Shown here piece after piece: positions 60,753 through 64,000 of a DNA stretch of 64,000 nucleotides. The notes under the pieces were generated by a model. It made no database searches. It saw only the letters and a list, made by a program, of their open reading frames with translations, and was not told the origin of the DNA. Numbering within the stretch: position 1 is the stretch's first letter; each line of letters begins with the position of its first letter. The translations under genes were made by a program, and so were the position numbers. The stretch is from an uncultured Gammaproteobacteria bacterium (GTDB lineage: Bacteria > Pseudomonadota > Gammaproteobacteria > UBA9214). The stretch is taken from assembly GCA_963748215.1 (NCBI GenBank), contig CAVVHS010000005.1, positions 128,001 through 192,000 on the forward strand, read 5' to 3'.

Positions 60753-62681
60753 TTACCGGCTGGCTTCCGTCGAGTACCGCCTGAAAAATGCGACAAGCCG
60801 CCGGTAGGACGCACGCTCGTTCTCGAAACGCGTAAAACCGTGCCCTTCGTCCGGATAGACGAAATACTCCACCGTACGGCCCATGTCATGCATGGATTGC
60901 ACCAGCCGGTCGGACTGTACCCGGGGTACTCGACTGTCGTTGGCCCCCTGATGTATCTGCAGGGGAGTCCTGATCCGTTCGATATGATAAAGCGGTGACA
61001 ATGCCCGATTCCGTGCCCGGTTGCGGCGCGGATCAAATCCGAGCTCGACAAACAGATTGCGCTGCAGATACCGCGGCCAGCTGCGCACAAATGTGGCCAG
61101 CTCGGTAAAGCCGAAAAAGTCCACTGCAGCCCTGAACGTGTCTGGATACTGTGTAATCAGCGACATCACGCTGAACCCGCCGAAACTCATTCCGAAAATA
61201 AACAGATTGTCAGCGTCGACGATCTCCATGCTTCGCACTGCTGCTGCGATTTCAACGATGTCACGGATATGACCACCACCCCAGTCATTGTCATCCAGGG
61301 CGGCGTAGTTCTTTCCGAAACCGGTGCTGCCGCGCACATTGGGTGCCACAACGATAAAACCGCGGTTGGCCAGAAACTGGATGACGCTGTCATACAGAGG
61401 ATCGATATGCTCGTGCGGACCGCCGTGAACAAGGAAGATAGCGGGGTGCCGGTTATTGGCCGAGGTGCCATTGGGGATAAAAAGATGCACCGGGATCTCA
61501 AGGCCATCAAAACCCGGTATCCGTAATGAACGTGCCTCGGCGAAGTCATTGCTGTCAATCCCCGATTGGTTGGCGTCATACAGAAGTACTGGTCCTTCTG
61601 TACCGACCCGATAATAGCGACCCGGCATACTCGAAGTCTCGGTGAGCACAATCCCCAGACCCGGGTTGCTCTCGCTGAATACTGCACCCGTAACAGTCCC
61701 GGGTGGCAGCCCGAAATCAGCCTGATCCTCGAAGCCATCGATGAGTACGGCTGTGCGACCCGCTAACCCGGTGCGGTATGCGATAACGGCGACACGTCCA
61801 TCCGCATACATCGAGAGTGACTCCAGGTCATTGTCAAACGGCAACTGGACAGGCGTCGGCGCGGGGTCACCGATCAGGTAGTTCCAGAGACGAAATCTGT
61901 CCGAGCCCAGGGCACTGAGGAAGTAGACCCGATCTCCGGCAAAGTTTGCGTCGACATTATTGATCCCGGGCGCGGCACTGATGTAACGTGTCCTGCCGGT
62001 AGGAAGATGCAGCAAGCCCAGGTGCCGTTCATCAAACCCGATCAGTTCCCCAAACAGCAGATACTGGCCATCCGCGCTTACCTTGTCGCAGTCCAGGCTG
62101 CGTCCGTTGCCAGGTAACAACTGGCGCGCCCTGCCGGTACTGACTTCCACCTGCCACAGGCCGGATTCACGGCGATTGTGGCGTGTCTGCGCGTAGTACA
62201 GCAGTGTGTCATCCGGCGAGAGGCCGCAGGCCATGGTGGTATCACCTCTGCCAGCAGACGTGAGTCTCAGTATGTCTCCTGTTCCAAGATCCAGGCGGTA
62301 GAGGTCATGGTTCTCATTCCCTTCGTTATCACGCACGATAATCAGGAACCGGCCCTGGTGGTCAACCCCGAATCCCGAGACCGATTCAGACAGATGAGTA
62401 AGCTGACGCTGCAGGCCACTGGCCAGGTCCAGCTCGAAAATATTGTCCACATTCCCATCGTTCCTGATGAAATAGATGGAGTGGTTATCCGGGGCGAATT
62501 GTAACTGGTCAAGCGGGCGGGTCTGGAAAAAGCGTTCGAATGCAAACTCTGGTGCTACGGGGCGTTCGGGAATATTGCCCAACTCGACAGCGATAGAGAG
62601 TGGCCTGATTCCTCCTGCGCCAGCGTGCAGGGGCATGACGCACGACAAGACTGCAAGCAGCTTACCCAGGATGCCGTGCAT
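60753..62681 (-). CDS. S9-family prolyl oligopeptidase / acylaminoacyl peptidase
   Basis: Signal peptide, propeller, VHGGP, PNVRGSTGFG, GMSFGG (Ser), GANDSRV (Asp) and DEGHGF (His). Confidence 0.93.
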   Translation of the reverse strand: MHGILGKLLAVLSCVMPLHAGAGGIRPLSIAVELGNIPERPVAPEFAFERFFQTRPLDQLQFAPDNHSIYFIRNDGNVDNIFELDLASGLQRQLTHLSESVSGFGVDHQGRFLIIVRDNEGNENHDLYRLDLGTGDILRLTSAGRGDTTMACGLSPDDTLLYYAQTRHNRRESGLWQVEVSTGRARQLLPGNGRSLDCDKVSADGQYLLFGELIGFDERHLGLLHLPTGRTRYISAAPGINNVDANFAGDRVYFLSALGSDRFRLWNYLIGDPAPTPVQLPFDNDLESLSMYADGRVAVIAYRTGLAGRTAVLIDGFEDQADFGLPPGTVTGAVFSESNPGLGIVLTETSSMPGRYYRVGTEGPVLLYDANQSGIDSNDFAEARSLRIPGFDGLEIPVHLFIPNGTSANNRHPAIFLVHGGPHEHIDPLYDSVIQFLANRGFIVVAPNVRGSTGFGKNYAALDDNDWGGGHIRDIVEIAAAVRSMEIVDADNLFIFGMSFGGFSVMSLITQYPDTFRAAVDFFGFTELATFVRSWPRYLQRNLFVELGFDPRRNRARNRALSPLYHIERIRTPLQIHQGANDSRVPRVQSDRLVQSMHDMGRTVEYFVYPDEGHGFTRFENERASYRRLVAFFRRYSTEASR

Positions 62682-62910
62682 CGTTATCGACCTGCCTTTG
62701 TTGCGTAACGCTGTCACGTTATCCACTGCCTTGTTGAGAAAGACCACCGGAACAGCTGCCTGTTGATTTGCAAAAAATATTGATCCGGTTTTTGCAGTGA
62801 AAAATGCATCACCGCTTCATCGGTCAGCTACCATCAGGTGATGCAGAAACTCCGGCTTACGGTAATTCAAAGTAGCATACAAATACCTGCGCTGTTTTGG
62901 ACAATATTAA

Positions 62911-63020
62911 GGAATCTCCGATTAATTCGTCATGCCGGCGACAGCCGGCATCCAGGCTATTGAAAATACTGGATCCCGGCATGCGCCGGGATGACGATGA
63001 GTGAATTAATCAGGGGTTCC
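62911..63020. mobile_element. 110-bp short form of the composite MITE with TTAA target duplication
   Basis: GGAATCTCCGATTAATT...AATTAATCAGGGGTTCC enclosing CGTCATGCCGG...CCGGGATGACG; TTAA at 62907-62910 and 63021-63024. Confidence 0.82.
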
Positions 63021-63277
63021 TTAAGTGAAAAATCAACATCCGAGTGTCGCGAAGCACAGGGATGTTCGAGAGCGACCACTTGCACATGGCCCAGGCCAGC
63101 TTCTCGACCCGGACTATGCCCGTAAAAATGGTCTCACCTTCTCCCTGTACATCGTCCATGGCCCTCGCCCTGCGGGCGCCGGCACAGCCTGCGTCCAAAA
63201 CGGCTAGACTGCCGTTTTGTCGAACCAACTTGGTTCTGATCAAAGCGTATCGAGGGTTCGAATTCCGATCTCGACGC

Positions 63278-63317
63278 ATCAATAAGAAAGGGGGCTAGAA
63301 GCCCCCTTTCTATTGAT
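63278..63317. terminator. Bidirectional intrinsic terminator-like hairpin
   Basis: ATCAATAAGAAAGGGGGCT-AGA-AGCCCCCTTTCTATTGAT. Confidence 0.7.
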
Positions 63318-63318
63318 A

Positions 63319-63425
63319 TGGCGGAGAGAGAGGGATTACTCGGGCCATACGGCCCTCGCCCCTGCGGGGCCGCCGTCACTCGCGCTCCGGCGTTCTCTCG
63401 CGCCTGCAGCGCTCGAGTCGAACCC
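63319..63425 (-). repeat. tRNA-Ser 3' fragment interrupted in the T-loop by an 81-bp element
   Basis: TGGCGGAGAGAGAGGGATT (identical to 63502-63520), then ACTCG...CGAGT (63338-63418), then CGAACCC. Confidence 0.82.
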
Positions 63426-63462
63426 GACTCTTTATATAATCGAGGGTTCGAACCCCTCGGCC

Positions 63463-63501
63463 AATAATCAAAAAGGCCCCATCCGGGGCCTTTTTGATTA
63501 T
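63463..63501 (-). terminator. Intrinsic terminator of tRNA-Ser
   Basis: AATAATCAAAAAGGCCCC-ATCC-GGGGCCTTTTTGATTAT directly 3' of the tRNA. Confidence 0.85.
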
Positions 63502-63592
63502 TGGCGGAGAGAGAGGGATTCGAACCCTCGATACGGGATTACCGTATACACACTTTCCAGGCGTGCTCCTTCAACCACTCGGACACCTCTCC
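63502..63592 (-). tRNA. tRNA-Ser (GGA)
   Basis: GGAGAGGTGTCCGAGTGGTTGAAGGAGCACGCCTGGAAAGTGTGT...GAGGGTTCGAATCCCTCTCTCTCCGCCA; anticodon GGA, long variable arm, encoded CCA. Confidence 0.97.
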
Positions 63593-63742
63593 GGAATCAT
63601 TTACTGCTGATCATTTCAACACATAACTGCAAATCTGATCGACGGAACACGCCAGCGTGCCCGTTATTCGCCCGCTGCGCGGACTCACCCCTGCGGGGCC
63701 GCCGTCGCTGACGCTTCGACGTTCTCTCGGCGATGCCTCGAG

Positions 63743-63817
63743 TCAACCACTCGGACACCTCTCCGGAATCATTGACTGCTGATCATTTCAACACATAACT
63801 GCAAACCTGATCGACGG
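63743..63817 (-). repeat. 75-bp direct repeat of the tRNA 5' end plus leader (63571-63645)
   Basis: Offset 172, two mismatches; abuts a second copy of the ...CTCGAGT element (63666-63743). Confidence 0.88.
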
Positions 63818-64000
63818 TACAAGCGGGCGTGAGCCGAACAGGCGCGGAAGAGTAAACCAGAACCCCATGTCGTTCAAATGGATTCCGGATGAGCGTTGCA
63901 CGTCACGTGTTCTGCTAATCCACCTGCGCCTGGCGGCACCGCCCTCCCGAAAGCAGGTCCTTGCCCCAGCTGCGGGTGGCCGGGCGAGCCGGTCGGGTCA

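Noticed and set aside
63319-63460. Second or intron-containing tRNA gene
   Set aside because: Only the acceptor and T-arm fragment is present, with no D or anticodon arm; the insert has no group I features.

Overview
GC-rich chromosomal window, most likely from a gammaproteobacterium (inferred from dnaX/ffs, oxyR, tamAB, rimK and metA). Core blocks are dnaX-ffs; DUF4212 plus a frameshifted Na+:solute symporter; chrA; zntB-protease-rimK-ASTE-MscS; oxyR; tamAB; an RND pump; ATPase-metA; and tRNA-Ser(GGA). They alternate with more AT-rich accessory blocks. The most striking structure is at about 3990-11280, possibly extending to about 12700. It is a run of about 10 unrelated single-gene modules, nearly all separated by one type of bipartite site: a GGGGTCAGA-type arm, a central AATAT(T) spacer and a TCTGACCCC-type arm. 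The core-to-core spacing is conserved (46 bp in four sites, 50-51 bp in a second subtype) although the arm sequences differ. It looks like a cassette array, but the sites are not attC and no integrase or transposase is encoded nearby. Other notable items are a tandem duplication junction that appears to capture two alternative cargo blocks between the RND gene and a downstream gene, a 918-bp direct repeat around a decayed islet with IS30/IS110 remnants, nested MITE/REP families, tRNA-derived repeat units and a candidate structured ncRNA. All calls come from reading sequence and motifs by eye; no searches were run.
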